Assembly: GCA_038866525.1 (NCBI GenBank)
Contig: JAWBZG010000002.1
Coordinates: 1-56,173, forward strand
Length of the DNA stretch: 56,173 bases
Direction: 5' to 3'
DNA from: Candidatus Bathyarchaeia archaeon
GTDB taxonomy: Archaea > Thermoproteota > Bathyarchaeia > Bathyarchaeales > DTEX01
The first letter of the stretch is position 1, and every line of letters begins with the position of its first letter. Positions 18,016-28,513 of this stretch are shown piece after piece. The translations under genes were made by a program, and so were the position numbers. A model generated the notes under the pieces. It worked only from the letters and a program-made list of their open reading frames with translations. It searched no databases and was not told the origin of the DNA.

Positions 18016-19017
18016 TTAATTATCTTGCTTCATTTCTATTAAAGCTCTCTCAGCAAAGAATCTTATGTCAATATCAGGGTCGCCTGTCATTTTTTGAAGT
18101 CTTTCTTTTACCTCCGGACCGGTAGATATCCTTAAGTATTCTCTCAGTATCTCCTCGTCTACTTTTTCATCCTTTGATATTGCAGCTATATTTTCCTCTA
18201 ATTCTCTTAAGTTGTTAACCGATGGTACAACGGTTGAGACTTCCGGAGACTTAAGAATCCACTTTAAACACAGCTGAGCAGGCGTATATGGGCTCTTCTC
18301 CTCACCTTTAACCGGCCCAAATCTCATGAAAGGTATCCCATAGTAGGGCCAGCAGAAGGGCTTCATTATTACTACACCAATTTCCATTGCCCTACAAAGT
18401 GGGAAGAGAACTTCTTTAGCCTCCTGCAGATGATAATTGTATCTCACCATGATGACGTCGAAGCAATCGTGCTTCCTTATGAGTTCAGCTAGGAATCTGG
18501 GGTCGTGACTTGAAGCACCAATCCACCTAACCTTCCCTTCTTCCCTAACCTCATTAATAGTATCCATATAGACACTGAATTTTTCCCTTGAGTAAAGAGT
18601 CTCGGGGGAGTGTAGATTGAAAACGTCGATATATTTAGTGTTCAAATTGTTCAGGATCTCCTCAATTTCATCTATGAGGATATCTCTCCATTTAGATCTA
18701 GGATTCTCATCCATCTTTCTGAATGGGAAGACTATCATGGCAGCGATATGAATCTTTTCCCTATCAACTCTAATAGATTTTAGAGCATTGCCTAACGATA
18801 TCGTCTCCTCTATCCGTGTTGTATCAAAATAATTTATGCCAGCCTCAATAGCCCTCTTAACAACATCATTTCTAGCAGGCTGAGTCGCTATAAGCTTATC
18901 CATGTCTATCTCCCCCCACTTAAGAAGAGTTGTTGGAAGAGGTCGCCTGTACTCATGTCCACCAAGACCTAGCTCCGAAACCATCAACCTCGTTCTTCCT
19001 AAAACACGGTATCTCAT
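18016..19017 (-). CDS. Aldo/keto reductase
   Basis: MRYRVLGRTRLMVSELGLGG start, FDTT, and the GASSH motif. 333 aa. Confidence 0.85.
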   Translation of the reverse strand: MRYRVLGRTRLMVSELGLGGHEYRRPLPTTLLKWGEIDMDKLIATQPARNDVVKRAIEAGINYFDTTRIEETISLGNALKSIRVDREKIHIAAMIVFPFRKMDENPRSKWRDILIDEIEEILNNLNTKYIDVFNLHSPETLYSREKFSVYMDTINEVREEGKVRWIGASSHDPRFLAELIRKHDCFDVIMVRYNYHLQEAKEVLFPLCRAMEIGVVIMKPFCWPYYGIPFMRFGPVKGEEKSPYTPAQLCLKWILKSPEVSTVVPSVNNLRELEENIAAISKDEKVDEEILREYLRISTGPEVKERLQKMTGDPDIDIRFFAERALIEMKQDN

Positions 19018-19165
19018 ACTTTAATTCCCTCGATCCATATTTCGGAAAAGCCAATATTTCACTTTTATTCAATTTTCACTTAAATCCTCGTAAATATGAT
19101 ATATCTAAATCTATCTTCATCACTATTTTTAGATAAACCGTAAAGAGATAAATGGTTGGTTAGAT

Positions 19166-20278
19166 ATGCTTAAAATGGTTAATGGAAAATTCGTTCCTCC
19201 ATTAATCGCTTTATGCCTAGATTTCAGTGTTTTAATAATATTGTTTTTAGCGTGCATCGCGGAGACTTACATGTTTACAGATTGCGAGGATTTACGCAAA
19301 TATTACAATTATGATAAGACAATGCCTTTAAGGGCTTCTGAAGAGATCATCAGAGAGGAGGAAGGCTACAAAGTTATAAAAGTCTACTTTGATTCGATTA
19401 ACGGCGAAAGAGTTCCCGCTCTCCTATCGCTTCCTAAAAGCGATGGGAAGGTTCCTTGCGTAATTTTCCTTCATGGCTATGGGGGATCAAAAGAAGATAT
19501 CCTTCAGGTTGCTGGCTTGGTTGCTAGAGAGGGTTACGCGTTAATAGCCATAGATGCTGCCTATCATGGTGAGAGGAAAGTTCCCGGTAAAGAGCTGTAT
19601 TCCCCCAACATCACCGAATCTATGAGGGGAATTATTCAAACCATAATAGATCTTAGGAGAGCAGTAGACTATCTAGAAACTAGGCCGGAGATAGATGCCG
19701 AGCGGATAGGTTATGTCGGCGGAAGCATGGGCGGCATTCTAGGCGCCATATTCATCGGCGTCGAGCCGAGAATAAAGGCGGCTGCCCTAATAGTTGCTGG
19801 GGGAAACATGAGCCTGATGATAAAGGAGAGCCAGCATTACACTATGCCAGCTATAAGAGAGTATCTTCGGAAGGAGGGAATAAGCTATGAGGAGTTGCAG
19901 AAAATCCTTGATCCAATTGATCCAATAAACTTCATAAAACACTTTTCACCTAGACCACTAGTTTTCCATTTAGGTAGATTCGATAGAATAGTTCCAGCTG
20001 AGGCGGGAAGGCAACTATATGAAGCGGCTGGTGAACCTAAGCAGGTATATTGGTATGACGCTGGGCACAGCCTCCCATTGGATCTCGTCGCCGTGCGGAT
20101 CTTAGATTTCATGGATCGAAACCTGCTAGGCAAACCATTCACTTATCGAGAGACCCTTTATTGGATGGGCAAATATGCGTTACCTCTGGGCATATTCGCC
20201 AGCGTCATCTCCCTAATATTCTATCTCTTTAGAAGAAGATTAAGGAAAAATCGGCTTAGAGATCTTAAAAACGGCTAG
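19166..20278 (+). CDS. Membrane-anchored alpha/beta hydrolase (dienelactone hydrolase / peptidase S9-like)
   Basis: N- and C-terminal TM helices, HGYGGSKED, nucleophile elbow GGSMGG, distal D and H (YDAGHS). Confidence 0.7.
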   Translation: MLKMVNGKFVPPLIALCLDFSVLIILFLACIAETYMFTDCEDLRKYYNYDKTMPLRASEEIIREEEGYKVIKVYFDSINGERVPALLSLPKSDGKVPCVIFLHGYGGSKEDILQVAGLVAREGYALIAIDAAYHGERKVPGKELYSPNITESMRGIIQTIIDLRRAVDYLETRPEIDAERIGYVGGSMGGILGAIFIGVEPRIKAAALIVAGGNMSLMIKESQHYTMPAIREYLRKEGISYEELQKILDPIDPINFIKHFSPRPLVFHLGRFDRIVPAEAGRQLYEAAGEPKQVYWYDAGHSLPLDLVAVRILDFMDRNLLGKPFTYRETLYWMGKYALPLGIFASVISLIFYLFRRRLRKNRLRDLKNG

Positions 20279-20281
20279 CCG

Positions 20282-21223
20282 TTATTCCTTTCTAATAATC
20301 CTTGCCCCCTGCCCAGGTTTAGCACACAAAGTTTTGCTTTTTACGCCTACTTCTTCAAATGCGTCCTTCATTGCTAAAGCAACCTTTTCGGTGCTGCTTT
20401 TCTCCGAGTCTACGAGCGCTATTACCGATGGGCCTGCTCCGCTTATAGATACACCCACTGCCCCGGACTTTAAGGCTCTATTTTTAACGTTATCTAACCC
20501 TGGAATTAAGTGAGCTCTTGCTGGTTCAACAACAGCGTCAACCATGCCTTTACCCATGATCTCAACGCTTTTCAGCGCTATTCCAGCCACAAATGTCGCG
20601 GCGCGCCCAACATTATGCACCATGCTTGAAAGGCTTACTTCGCTCGGTAAAACAGATCGCGCAAGCCTAGTGTCTACTCTTATTTCCGGTAAAGCGACAG
20701 CGAATTCAGCGTTCGGCGGCAACTTTAGCCTTAAAACATCTAACGGCTTCCTAGAGGTTATTAGTATGAAATCCCCCAGGATCGCCGCTGAAACATTATC
20801 TGCGTGTGGCGCCCCGGCTGAAGCCGCTTCACCTAGAGCAGCCACATCTATGAGTTGAATGGAACTTAAATTTAAACCTAAGAGACAGTTTATGGCTACG
20901 GCTGTTGCAGCCGCACTCGCGGCGCTGCTGCCAAGCCCGCTTCCAGGCCTTATCCCTTTATAAATCCTTATTTTTAAGCCGCATTCTTCCTTCGAATATT
21001 TCAGCATCTCCATTGCAACTATTCCAGCAGTATTCATCTCTGGTTTATCTGGTATATCTTTTGCTCCCTCACCATAAACCTCGATTTTAATCACTTTATC
21101 ATAAGTCTTCTCAACGATAACTCTATCAAAGAGCGCGTCCAACGCAACCCCAAAAACATCAAAGCCAGCACCCAGGTTCGCTGACGTTGCGGGAGCCACA
21201 GCTTCAACTACCGAAAAACTCAA
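20282..21223 (-). CDS. thrB: Homoserine kinase (GHMP family)
   Basis: APATSANLGAGFDVFGVAL and PGSGLGSSAASAAA motifs. 313 aa. Confidence 0.8.
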   Translation of the reverse strand: MSFSVVEAVAPATSANLGAGFDVFGVALDALFDRVIVEKTYDKVIKIEVYGEGAKDIPDKPEMNTAGIVAMEMLKYSKEECGLKIRIYKGIRPGSGLGSSAASAAATAVAINCLLGLNLSSIQLIDVAALGEAASAGAPHADNVSAAILGDFILITSRKPLDVLRLKLPPNAEFAVALPEIRVDTRLARSVLPSEVSLSSMVHNVGRAATFVAGIALKSVEIMGKGMVDAVVEPARAHLIPGLDNVKNRALKSGAVGVSISGAGPSVIALVDSEKSSTEKVALAMKDAFEEVGVKSKTLCAKPGQGARIIRKE

Positions 21224-21307
21224 GCTTCATCACCAAAGTAAAATATTTTGATGCGACGCTAATATTAAAAAGGTTACTTATCTATTTTTATAAGGTAGGT
21301 GATAATT

Positions 21308-21853
21308 ATGGATCTGTTTGAAGCTATTCTAGGTAGGCGTAGCGTAAGAAGATACTTAGATAAGCCTGTCGAGGAAGAGAAAATCATCAAGTGTCTTTAC
21401 GCGGCTACATGGGCTCCGTCAGCATATAACTCACAGCACTGGAATTTCATCGTTATAACTGATTGGGAAACCAGGAGAAAGATGGCTGAGATTCATAGAT
21501 GGGGAAGATTCATGGCTGAATCGCCCGTAGTTATAGCCGTTCTCGGAGACCCGTCTAAATCAAGTTTTTGGCGTGAAGATTTAGGCGCAGCCGTGCAAAA
21601 CATGCTTTTAGCGGCATATGCTCAAGGCTTAGGAACATGCTGGATGGGTGTTGCTGATACACCCTATGAGGAACCTATAAAGAAGCTTTTAGGCATCCCG
21701 GAGAACCTAAGGGTTCTATGTACGGTGGCGCTTGGCTATCCGGCCGAGAAGCCTTCGGGGAAAAGAGAAAAATTGAGCCAAAAAGTACATTGGGAGAGGT
21801 ATGGTGTTCAGAGGGAGATTAAAGAACCTATGGTCCTAGAAGAGTCTCCTTAA
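21308..21853 (+). CDS. Nitroreductase-family flavoprotein
   Basis: AILGRRSVRRY, APSAYNSQHW, and the LGTCWMG pattern. Confidence 0.8.
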   Translation: MDLFEAILGRRSVRRYLDKPVEEEKIIKCLYAATWAPSAYNSQHWNFIVITDWETRRKMAEIHRWGRFMAESPVVIAVLGDPSKSSFWREDLGAAVQNMLLAAYAQGLGTCWMGVADTPYEEPIKKLLGIPENLRVLCTVALGYPAEKPSGKREKLSQKVHWERYGVQREIKEPMVLEESP

Positions 21854-21934
21854 AGCCGCTTGGAGCATTGATGTGGAGACAGCATGTTTATATTAGTCAA
21901 CTTACTTTAATCATTCAAAAGACGGTGTTTCGTG

Positions 21935-23383
21935 ATGAGCGTCCCGCTGGAAAGGGTTGACAAATATACTTGGCGTATACCTAAGTATAGACCCGGCATG
22001 CGCGTTCCAGGAGTAATCTTTGCAGATGAAGATCTACTTGAAAAAATGAAGACGGATAAAACTTTAGAGCAATGCGCTAACGTGGCTCACTTACCCGGCA
22101 TATATAAATATTCTATAACTTTGCCGGACGGTCATGAAGGTTACGGTTTTCCAATAGGCGGCGTTGCAGCAACCGATTATGAGGAAGGCGTAATAAGCCC
22201 CGGTGGTGTAGGCTACGACATTAACTGCGGTGTAAGGCTCTTAGTAACCACCCTCTCAGAGAGAGATATTAGGCCGAAATTAGGCGACTTGGCGACGACG
22301 ATATTCCATAATGTGCCAAGTGGGCTCGGCAGCCATAGGAAAGATTTCACAGTATCCATAAATGAACTCGACAGGATAACGAGGGAAGGCATACCATACC
22401 TTGTAGATAAAGGCTATGGTTGGCTGGAAGACATTGAACACTGTGAAGAGCGAGGGTGCATGCCCGGCGCAAACCCAGAAAAAGTTTCAAGCACCGCTAA
22501 GAGAAGGGGGGCACCTGAACTTGGAACACTTGGCTCAGGGAACCACTTCTTAGAAATACAGAGGGTTGACAAAATATTTAACGAAAAGGTTGCCAAAGCA
22601 TTCGGAATAACCCATGAGGGGCAGGTTACAGTGATGATTCATACGGGCTCCCGCGGATACGGGCATCAAATATGCTCAGATTACCTCCGTGTTATGGAGA
22701 GAGCCGTACATAAGTATCGCATAGAGCTACCTGATAGGGAGCTAGCATGTGCCCCTGGGACCAGCCCAGAAGCCCAAGACTACTATCAGGCTATGGCATG
22801 CGCAGTGAACTATGCTTTTGCAAATAGGCATATGATTACCCATTGGGTTAGACAGAGCTTTGAGCAAGTGTTTAAATCGTCGGCAGATAAGATCGGGCTG
22901 CATACAGTGTATGATGTAGCCCATAACATTGCTAAGATTGAAGAGCATACTGTTGACGGGAAAACTGTGAAGGTTTGGGTTCACAGGAAAGGTGCAACAA
23001 GAGCCTTTCCGCCCGGACATAAAGATGTCCCAGCGGACTATCGCAGTCTCGGCCAGCCGGTTATAATACCTGGATCTATGGGTACGAGCTCTTGGGTCCT
23101 GGTTGGTACGCCGAAAGCTATGGAGATAACTTTCGGTTCAACAGCCCATGGAGCTGGGAGGATGCTTAGCCGCGCAGCCGCAACAAAGCGTTTTACTGGG
23201 GGGGAGATAAGGAGGCAGCTTGAGAGTCGGGGTATAGTTGTTAGGGCTGCAAGCATGACGGTTCTAGCCGAAGAGGCTGACCCAGCATATAAGAACGTTG
23301 ATAAAGTCGCTGAGGTAAGTAATGCTGTTGGCATAGCGACATTTGTAGCTAGGCTCATTCCAATGGCTGTTGTTAAAGGTTAA
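21935..23383 (+). CDS. rtcB: RNA-splicing ligase RtcB
   Basis: PDGHEGYGFPIGGV, GYDINCGVR, GSGNHFLE, HTGSRGYGHQ, AHNIA and SMGT..STAHGAGR motifs. 482 aa, contiguous, no intein-sized insertion. Confidence 0.92.
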   Translation: MSVPLERVDKYTWRIPKYRPGMRVPGVIFADEDLLEKMKTDKTLEQCANVAHLPGIYKYSITLPDGHEGYGFPIGGVAATDYEEGVISPGGVGYDINCGVRLLVTTLSERDIRPKLGDLATTIFHNVPSGLGSHRKDFTVSINELDRITREGIPYLVDKGYGWLEDIEHCEERGCMPGANPEKVSSTAKRRGAPELGTLGSGNHFLEIQRVDKIFNEKVAKAFGITHEGQVTVMIHTGSRGYGHQICSDYLRVMERAVHKYRIELPDRELACAPGTSPEAQDYYQAMACAVNYAFANRHMITHWVRQSFEQVFKSSADKIGLHTVYDVAHNIAKIEEHTVDGKTVKVWVHRKGATRAFPPGHKDVPADYRSLGQPVIIPGSMGTSSWVLVGTPKAMEITFGSTAHGAGRMLSRAAATKRFTGGEIRRQLESRGIVVRAASMTVLAEEADPAYKNVDKVAEVSNAVGIATFVARLIPMAVVKG

Positions 23384-23420
23384 AAGCTAAGTTTCAGAGA
23401 TTAAACATTTTCTTTTTCTT

Positions 23421-23465
23421 GAAAGGTTAGACGAAAAAAAAGGAGCCTGAACATACTAACCTTTC
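23421..23465. terminator. Hairpin between convergent rtcB and xpf: 10-bp stem GAAAGGTTAG / CTAACCTTTC, 25-nt loop
   Basis: Exact inverted repeat, preceded on the plus strand by the T-rich run TTTTCTTTTTCTT. Confidence 0.4.
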
Positions 23466-23548
23466 CTGAAGAACGCCCGAAAAACCTAAATTATACTCTA
23501 TAAAAGTTGTTGGAAAATACGGAGTATAGGATAGTTAATTCGTTCGCC

Positions 23549-24253
23549 CTATTCCTCCTTATAGACTGTATGTAAGATCTCTTTTACCCTCTTCGTTGTC
23601 TTTGGGCCGAAACCATAGATATCTTTTGGCCAGCGTTCAACGTTAGCTAACGCGTTAAATGGCGTTTTATAGGTTTTTAGCAGATCAACAGCCTTTTCTC
23701 TCCCTATATTCGGGAGGCTTGAGAGAAAGTATATTTGCGCTTCAGCCAGGGTTTCTATTTTCTTTGCAGGATGTATAATTGGTGTTCTTTTCTCTACGAA
23801 CTGCTCCTGTTTAGCTGAAGTGTAGAGAAAGTCGATTGTCTCTTTATAACTGGTCGTGTGAACCATGTTTATACCGTTTTTCACCAGAGCAAATATGGCT
23901 CCCCAGACTGAGGATGGATTAATTCTACTGAACTTGTATATTATTGGAAAATAGCCCTCAATTAGTATAAATGGTTTTGGGTAGGCTTCCTTCAAGAGGA
24001 AGAGCTGCTCGAAGAGATGCCTATGCGTAAGCGTATAAACAAAATCCTGCACGGTCTTCCTTTCAAAGGCACATTCATCTGAGATCACGTAGTCTCCTTT
24101 ATCAAGGGTCTCAATTCTTATTAATGCGCCAAGCTCCTTAAGACCCTTAACTATCTTTGGGGCTGAGCTCGCCTCCCTACTATCAACTATAATTATTGGT
24201 TGTTCAGATTCGCTTCCCCTAATGTAGGGTAGAAGGCTTTCCGACCCAGCCAT
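23549..24253 (-). CDS. xpf: Short XPF/ERCC4-type structure-specific nuclease (nuclease + HhH2, no helicase domain)
   Basis: IIVDSRE, GDYVISDECAFERKTVQDF, and the C-terminal tandem helix-hairpin-helix LPNIGREKA...GFGPKTTKRV. 234 aa. Confidence 0.75.
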   Translation of the reverse strand: MAGSESLLPYIRGSESEQPIIIVDSREASSAPKIVKGLKELGALIRIETLDKGDYVISDECAFERKTVQDFVYTLTHRHLFEQLFLLKEAYPKPFILIEGYFPIIYKFSRINPSSVWGAIFALVKNGINMVHTTSYKETIDFLYTSAKQEQFVEKRTPIIHPAKKIETLAEAQIYFLSSLPNIGREKAVDLLKTYKTPFNALANVERWPKDIYGFGPKTTKRVKEILHTVYKEE

Positions 24254-24381
24254 CCTCTTTAGCCTGCATGTTTCTTCAGTATTGATACTGAAACTTTATT
24301 TCACACTTCTTCTTTAAATATCTTTATAAGGGAAAAGATTGATTTAAACGCGATAATTCAGGGATTGGGCTGAGTATCTGC

Positions 24382-27300
24382 ATGATGAAGACTACACTCG
24401 AGGGGCTAAAAGCAGTATATCGTGGCATGTGCCCCAATTGTGGAGGGGATATTAGCGACCTAGAACTGTTAAATTTCGGGGTCTGCAGCAAATGTTTACC
24501 TACGCCAATAACTGATGCTGATAAAGAAAAGATCTATTTAGAGCTCGTAAAAAGTAATCGTATTGGTGAATACGCAAAGGTTTTAGAGCTCGACTTCGAG
24601 CTCAAAAAATTCTCCGAATTCTTCAAGTCTCTTATTGGCTCTAGACCCTGGGCTCTGCAGGAAGTTTGGGCGAAAAGAGTTTTAATGGGAAGGAGCTTTT
24701 CAATAGTTGCCCCAACGGGTATTGGTAAAACCCACTTCGGTTTAATCATGGCTCTTTTCCTGGCAAGGAAGGGTAAAAAAAGCTATATCATTGTGCCGAC
24801 AAGCTTACTAGTTAAGCATCTATTAGATAGAGTTTCAGTCTTTTTACAGAAGCTAGCTGAGTTGGAAGGGGTCAATTTAACGGTTATAGGTTATTATTCA
24901 GGTATGCGAAGGAAAGAATGCGAGGAGGTTATAAACCGCATTATAAACCGAGATTTCTCCATACTTATCACAACTGACCGCTTTCTCTACAATAGGTTCG
25001 ATATAATTAAGGATGTATCCTTCGACTTCATATTCGTTGACGACGTCGACTCGTTCCTAAAATCCCCTAAGAACATAGATAAGGTTGTTTTCCTAATGGG
25101 TTTCACTCCCGAGGACGTTGAGAGAGCATTAAAGGAAGAGGAGGAACCTAGCACTGGCACCGAAAACCCCGCATCTGCACGCTCATTTGGAATGAATCGT
25201 GGCAAAGTACTTATAGTCTCTGGGGCAACCTTGAGGGGGAAAAGGACGAAACGTATAAAAATATTTAGGCGACTATTCGGTTTCGAGCCTGGTTTCAGCC
25301 CGGAATTTGTCAGAAATATAGCGAACTTCTATATTGAGCCTGAAAAAGACGTTAAAGAAGAAGTTGTGGAAATAATTAGGAGGCATGGACCCGGATGCCT
25401 GGTTTTTGTTCCACAGGTTAGAGGCATAGATTACGCCAAGGAGATAACCGCAGCGTTGAGAGAGGCGGGGATAGGCTCCTTCGTCTATGAGAGGATGAGC
25501 CCGAAAATGCTGGAGAAATTTGTAAACGGTGAATACGCTGTGCTAGCTGGCGTCGCAAGTAATAGGAGCCCGCTGGCTCGGGGGCTTGACCTACCGGAAA
25601 CGATTAGATACGTTGTTTTTGCTGGGGTTCCGAGGAGGGAGATAAGGGTTAGAATTGATGAGTGCAGCCCGCAGAAGATTCTCACTCTTCTTAAGGCTTT
25701 ATCGCCATTCTTTGAGGAGAAGTTTTCTCGAGAAGCAGCTCCGGTGATTTCAGCCCTCTCCAGAATAGTTCCAGTTAGTAAAGATGTCATTGATAAGATT
25801 AGGGAAGCCGATGAGAAGAACATTGAATTGGATGGGTTTCTAGGCTATGTCCAAAAAGTTGTAAAGGAGGCTAGGAGACTTCTGGTCAAAATGATGGAGG
25901 ATGAAGACTTAAAGAAGGTGATTGAGAGACTCGATGTTGACGTAAAGATTGAGGGGAAGGAATACGTTTTATTCATGCCCGATGTCGCCGGGTATGTGCA
26001 GGCATCGGGTAGATCTTCGAGGTTTTATGCTATGGGCATAAGCCGGGGCATATCTATAGTTGTAGTTGACGATAAGAAGGCTTTTCATGGATTGAGTAAA
26101 AGAATTCAGCTAGCAACCGACGAAGAATTCGAGAGATATGATCTGGAAAAAGCTTCGTACGAGTTTAGGCAGGTTGACTCGGACAGAGAAATGATTAGGA
26201 AGATTCGCGAAGGCAAGTTCACTATAGATGCTATAGACATTATAAGATCCGCACTTATAGTTGTTGAGTCGCCAACAAAAGCTAGGACAATAGCGTATTT
26301 TTTCGGTAAACCGGCAAAAAGGGTTTTAGACGGGTTTACAGTCTACGAGGTTGCGAGCGGACAGCTAATCCTCAACGTCGTTGCCTCCGGGGGACACATA
26401 TTTGATTTAACTACGGAGGGCGGTTTTCATGGAGTTCTAAAGGACGGCGAATATTACGTACCCGTGTATACAGATATAAGGAGATGCAATAACTGTGGTG
26501 AGCAATTCACTGATCATGATGAATGTCCAGTGTGCAGGTCGAAAAACATCCGTTCAAAAAAGGATATTGTAAACCTGCTTCGAAGACTGGCAACAGAGGT
26601 AAACAAGGTTTTTATTGCAACCGATCCGGATGCTGAGGGAGAAAAGATAGGGTACGACATTTATGTAGTAGTTAAACCATATTGCGGGAATATAGAGAGA
26701 CTTGAGTTCCATGAGGTGACGCGGAAAGCCCTAAGGAGAGCCCTGTCAGAGCCGAGGTCCGTTAGGCTGCCATATGTGCAGGCTCAGGTTGTTAGAAGGA
26801 TTGAAGATAGATGGATCGGCTTCGAGCTAAGCAGGAAACTTTGGGAACAATTCAAGATAACAACGCTTTCGGCTGGTCGGGTGCAGACCCCGGTTTTAGG
26901 CTGGGTCATAAAGAGGTCTGAGGAATTAAGAAATAAGATTTCAGTAGCTGACATAGAGTTAGAAAATGGTTTGTCATTTAAGCTCTCAAATCCACAAAAT
27001 GTTGAAGATTTAAAGAGGAGATTTAAGGAAGGAGAATTAAAAGCCAAAATTGAGAACATTAGTTTCCGTGAGGATAAGTTTTACCCCCAGCCGCCTTACA
27101 CAACGGACAGCATGCTCAGAGACGCTGCCCAAAAGCTAGGTTTCACAGTCAGCTATACTATGGCGCTAGCGCAATCCCTCTTCGAGTCAGGTCTCATAAC
27201 CTATCATAGGACAGATTCAACTTCAGTTTCAACAACAGGCATAGAAGTTGCACGACGCTTCTTAGAGGAAAACTATCCCGGCTTATTTAAGCCGAGAGAG

Positions 27301-27969
27301 TATAGGAGCGAGGGAGCACATGAGTGTATAAGGCCAACTAAGCCCTTAAACGTTAAGCAACTGCGCTTCTACTTAGCATCAGGTGTTTTAAGGATACCTC
27401 AGAAGCTTGGAGCCGATCATATGAAGTTATATGATATGATATTTAAGAGGTTTATCGCTAGCCAGATGAGCGAGGCAAAATGCTTAGTACAGGAATTTGA
27501 CTTAAGGATTGACTCAAATGTTGTGAGGCAAAGTAGGGTAGTGAAGATTATTGAGCCGGGCTTTTTATCTATTAACCCAGTTATAAGGGTTGAGGGCGAG
27601 GTTGAGGAAGGCGAGTATAGGGTTGTGCGCATGAAAATTAGGCGCGAATCGACTGTTAGACCATATCGGGAAGGCGATTTGATATCGCTGATGAAAGAGA
27701 GGGGGATCGGGAGACCAAGCACTTACTCGAAAATCATCGACATACTGATGAAGAGGAGATACATAATTGAGAACAATAGAGCGATATTTAATACTAAGCT
27801 TGGAAAAGCAGTATACGAGTACTTAGTTAGAAACTTTGGATCGCTGGTCTCCGAAGAATTAACCAGGTCGCTTGAGTCAACAATAGATGCTATAGAAAAT
27901 GGGCAAGTGTGGTATCAAGATGTTCTCAAATCAATAGAAAATGATATAAGAACTATAGTGAATAAGTAG
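24382..27969 (+). CDS. rgy: Reverse gyrase (helicase-like domain fused to topoisomerase IA)
   Basis: 1195 aa. N-terminal Zn finger CPNCGG..CSKC, helicase motif I APTGIGKT, DDVD, Toprim (ESPTKA, DPDAEGE), a second Zn finger CNNCGE..CPVC, and the active-site region TYHRTDS. Confidence 0.95.
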   Translation: MMKTTLEGLKAVYRGMCPNCGGDISDLELLNFGVCSKCLPTPITDADKEKIYLELVKSNRIGEYAKVLELDFELKKFSEFFKSLIGSRPWALQEVWAKRVLMGRSFSIVAPTGIGKTHFGLIMALFLARKGKKSYIIVPTSLLVKHLLDRVSVFLQKLAELEGVNLTVIGYYSGMRRKECEEVINRIINRDFSILITTDRFLYNRFDIIKDVSFDFIFVDDVDSFLKSPKNIDKVVFLMGFTPEDVERALKEEEEPSTGTENPASARSFGMNRGKVLIVSGATLRGKRTKRIKIFRRLFGFEPGFSPEFVRNIANFYIEPEKDVKEEVVEIIRRHGPGCLVFVPQVRGIDYAKEITAALREAGIGSFVYERMSPKMLEKFVNGEYAVLAGVASNRSPLARGLDLPETIRYVVFAGVPRREIRVRIDECSPQKILTLLKALSPFFEEKFSREAAPVISALSRIVPVSKDVIDKIREADEKNIELDGFLGYVQKVVKEARRLLVKMMEDEDLKKVIERLDVDVKIEGKEYVLFMPDVAGYVQASGRSSRFYAMGISRGISIVVVDDKKAFHGLSKRIQLATDEEFERYDLEKASYEFRQVDSDREMIRKIREGKFTIDAIDIIRSALIVVESPTKARTIAYFFGKPAKRVLDGFTVYEVASGQLILNVVASGGHIFDLTTEGGFHGVLKDGEYYVPVYTDIRRCNNCGEQFTDHDECPVCRSKNIRSKKDIVNLLRRLATEVNKVFIATDPDAEGEKIGYDIYVVVKPYCGNIERLEFHEVTRKALRRALSEPRSVRLPYVQAQVVRRIEDRWIGFELSRKLWEQFKITTLSAGRVQTPVLGWVIKRSEELRNKISVADIELENGLSFKLSNPQNVEDLKRRFKEGELKAKIENISFREDKFYPQPPYTTDSMLRDAAQKLGFTVSYTMALAQSLFESGLITYHRTDSTSVSTTGIEVARRFLEENYPGLFKPREYRSEGAHECIRPTKPLNVKQLRFYLASGVLRIPQKLGADHMKLYDMIFKRFIASQMSEAKCLVQEFDLRIDSNVVRQSRVVKIIEPGFLSINPVIRVEGEVEEGEYRVVRMKIRRESTVRPYREGDLISLMKERGIGRPSTYSKIIDILMKRRYIIENNRAIFNTKLGKAVYEYLVRNFGSLVSEELTRSLESTIDAIENGQVWYQDVLKSIENDIRTIVNK

Positions 27970-27974
27970 GAGGA

Positions 27975-27991
27975 GGGAAGATCTTCTTCCC
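27975..27991. terminator. Short hairpin GGGAAGA-TCT-TCTTCCC between convergent rgy and the 28007 gene
   Basis: Exact 7-bp inverted repeat read from the sequence. Confidence 0.35.
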
Positions 27992-28006
27992 CCCACGTTA
28001 TCTCCC

Positions 28007-28513
28007 TTAAGATACGTTTAGACTAACCTTTTCAGGCGCTAAGTGCCCGGGCGGTGGTGGGGGTAATCTTTCCATGAAATTAAGACCATACTCCGTTTTC
28101 AAAAACTCCTCAAATTCACGGAAAACCACGCTTTCAGTCTCATTTAATCTTAAGCATATCGGCTTTCCAACATATACTTCACTTAAATCATAAATGGCCG
28201 TACTCCTTAAAATACGGGGGTCCTCTACGACGATAGGCACTAAATTTTCCGGCAGCGGCTCCTGGAAAACCCAAGCCATATAAGAAACATTCACTATTCT
28301 ATAAGATATGCCATCTCTTACAGGAACGCAATGGTTGACGGAGACGCTTTTAAAAGTTCTAGGGTGAACTTTACGAACCCATAAGAAGATATGGTATTCT
28401 CCATTAGCATTTATTATATCTTCGTACTCTGACGCCCACCATCCTATCTGCCTACATCTATGCTTAAACTGATTGATTAAATCCCATACTTTAGGAAACT
28501 GTACCGCTTTCAG
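28007..28513 (-). CDS. Hypothetical protein. The ORF extends 74 codons upstream of the first canonical start. Candidate CTG start at 28513.
   Basis: The frame is open from 28516 to the TAA at 28007. The first ATG/GTG/TTG in frame is GTG 28294. A GGGGGA SD lies 7 nt upstream of CTG 28513..28511. No family recognised. Confidence 0.4.
   Translation of the reverse strand: MKAVQFPKVWDLINQFKHRCRQIGWWASEYEDIINANGEYHIFLWVRKVHPRTFKSVSVNHCVPVRDGISYRIVNVSYMAWVFQEPLPENLVPIVVEDPRILRSTAIYDLSEVYVGKPICLRLNETESVVFREFEEFLKTEYGLNFMERLPPPPPGHLAPEKVSLNVS

Noticed and set aside
21935-27969. Possible inteins or large insertions in RtcB and reverse gyrase
   Set aside because: Both have normal lengths (482 and 1195 aa). 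Their conserved motifs follow each other without an intein-sized gap or the terminal Cys/Ser...HN signature.
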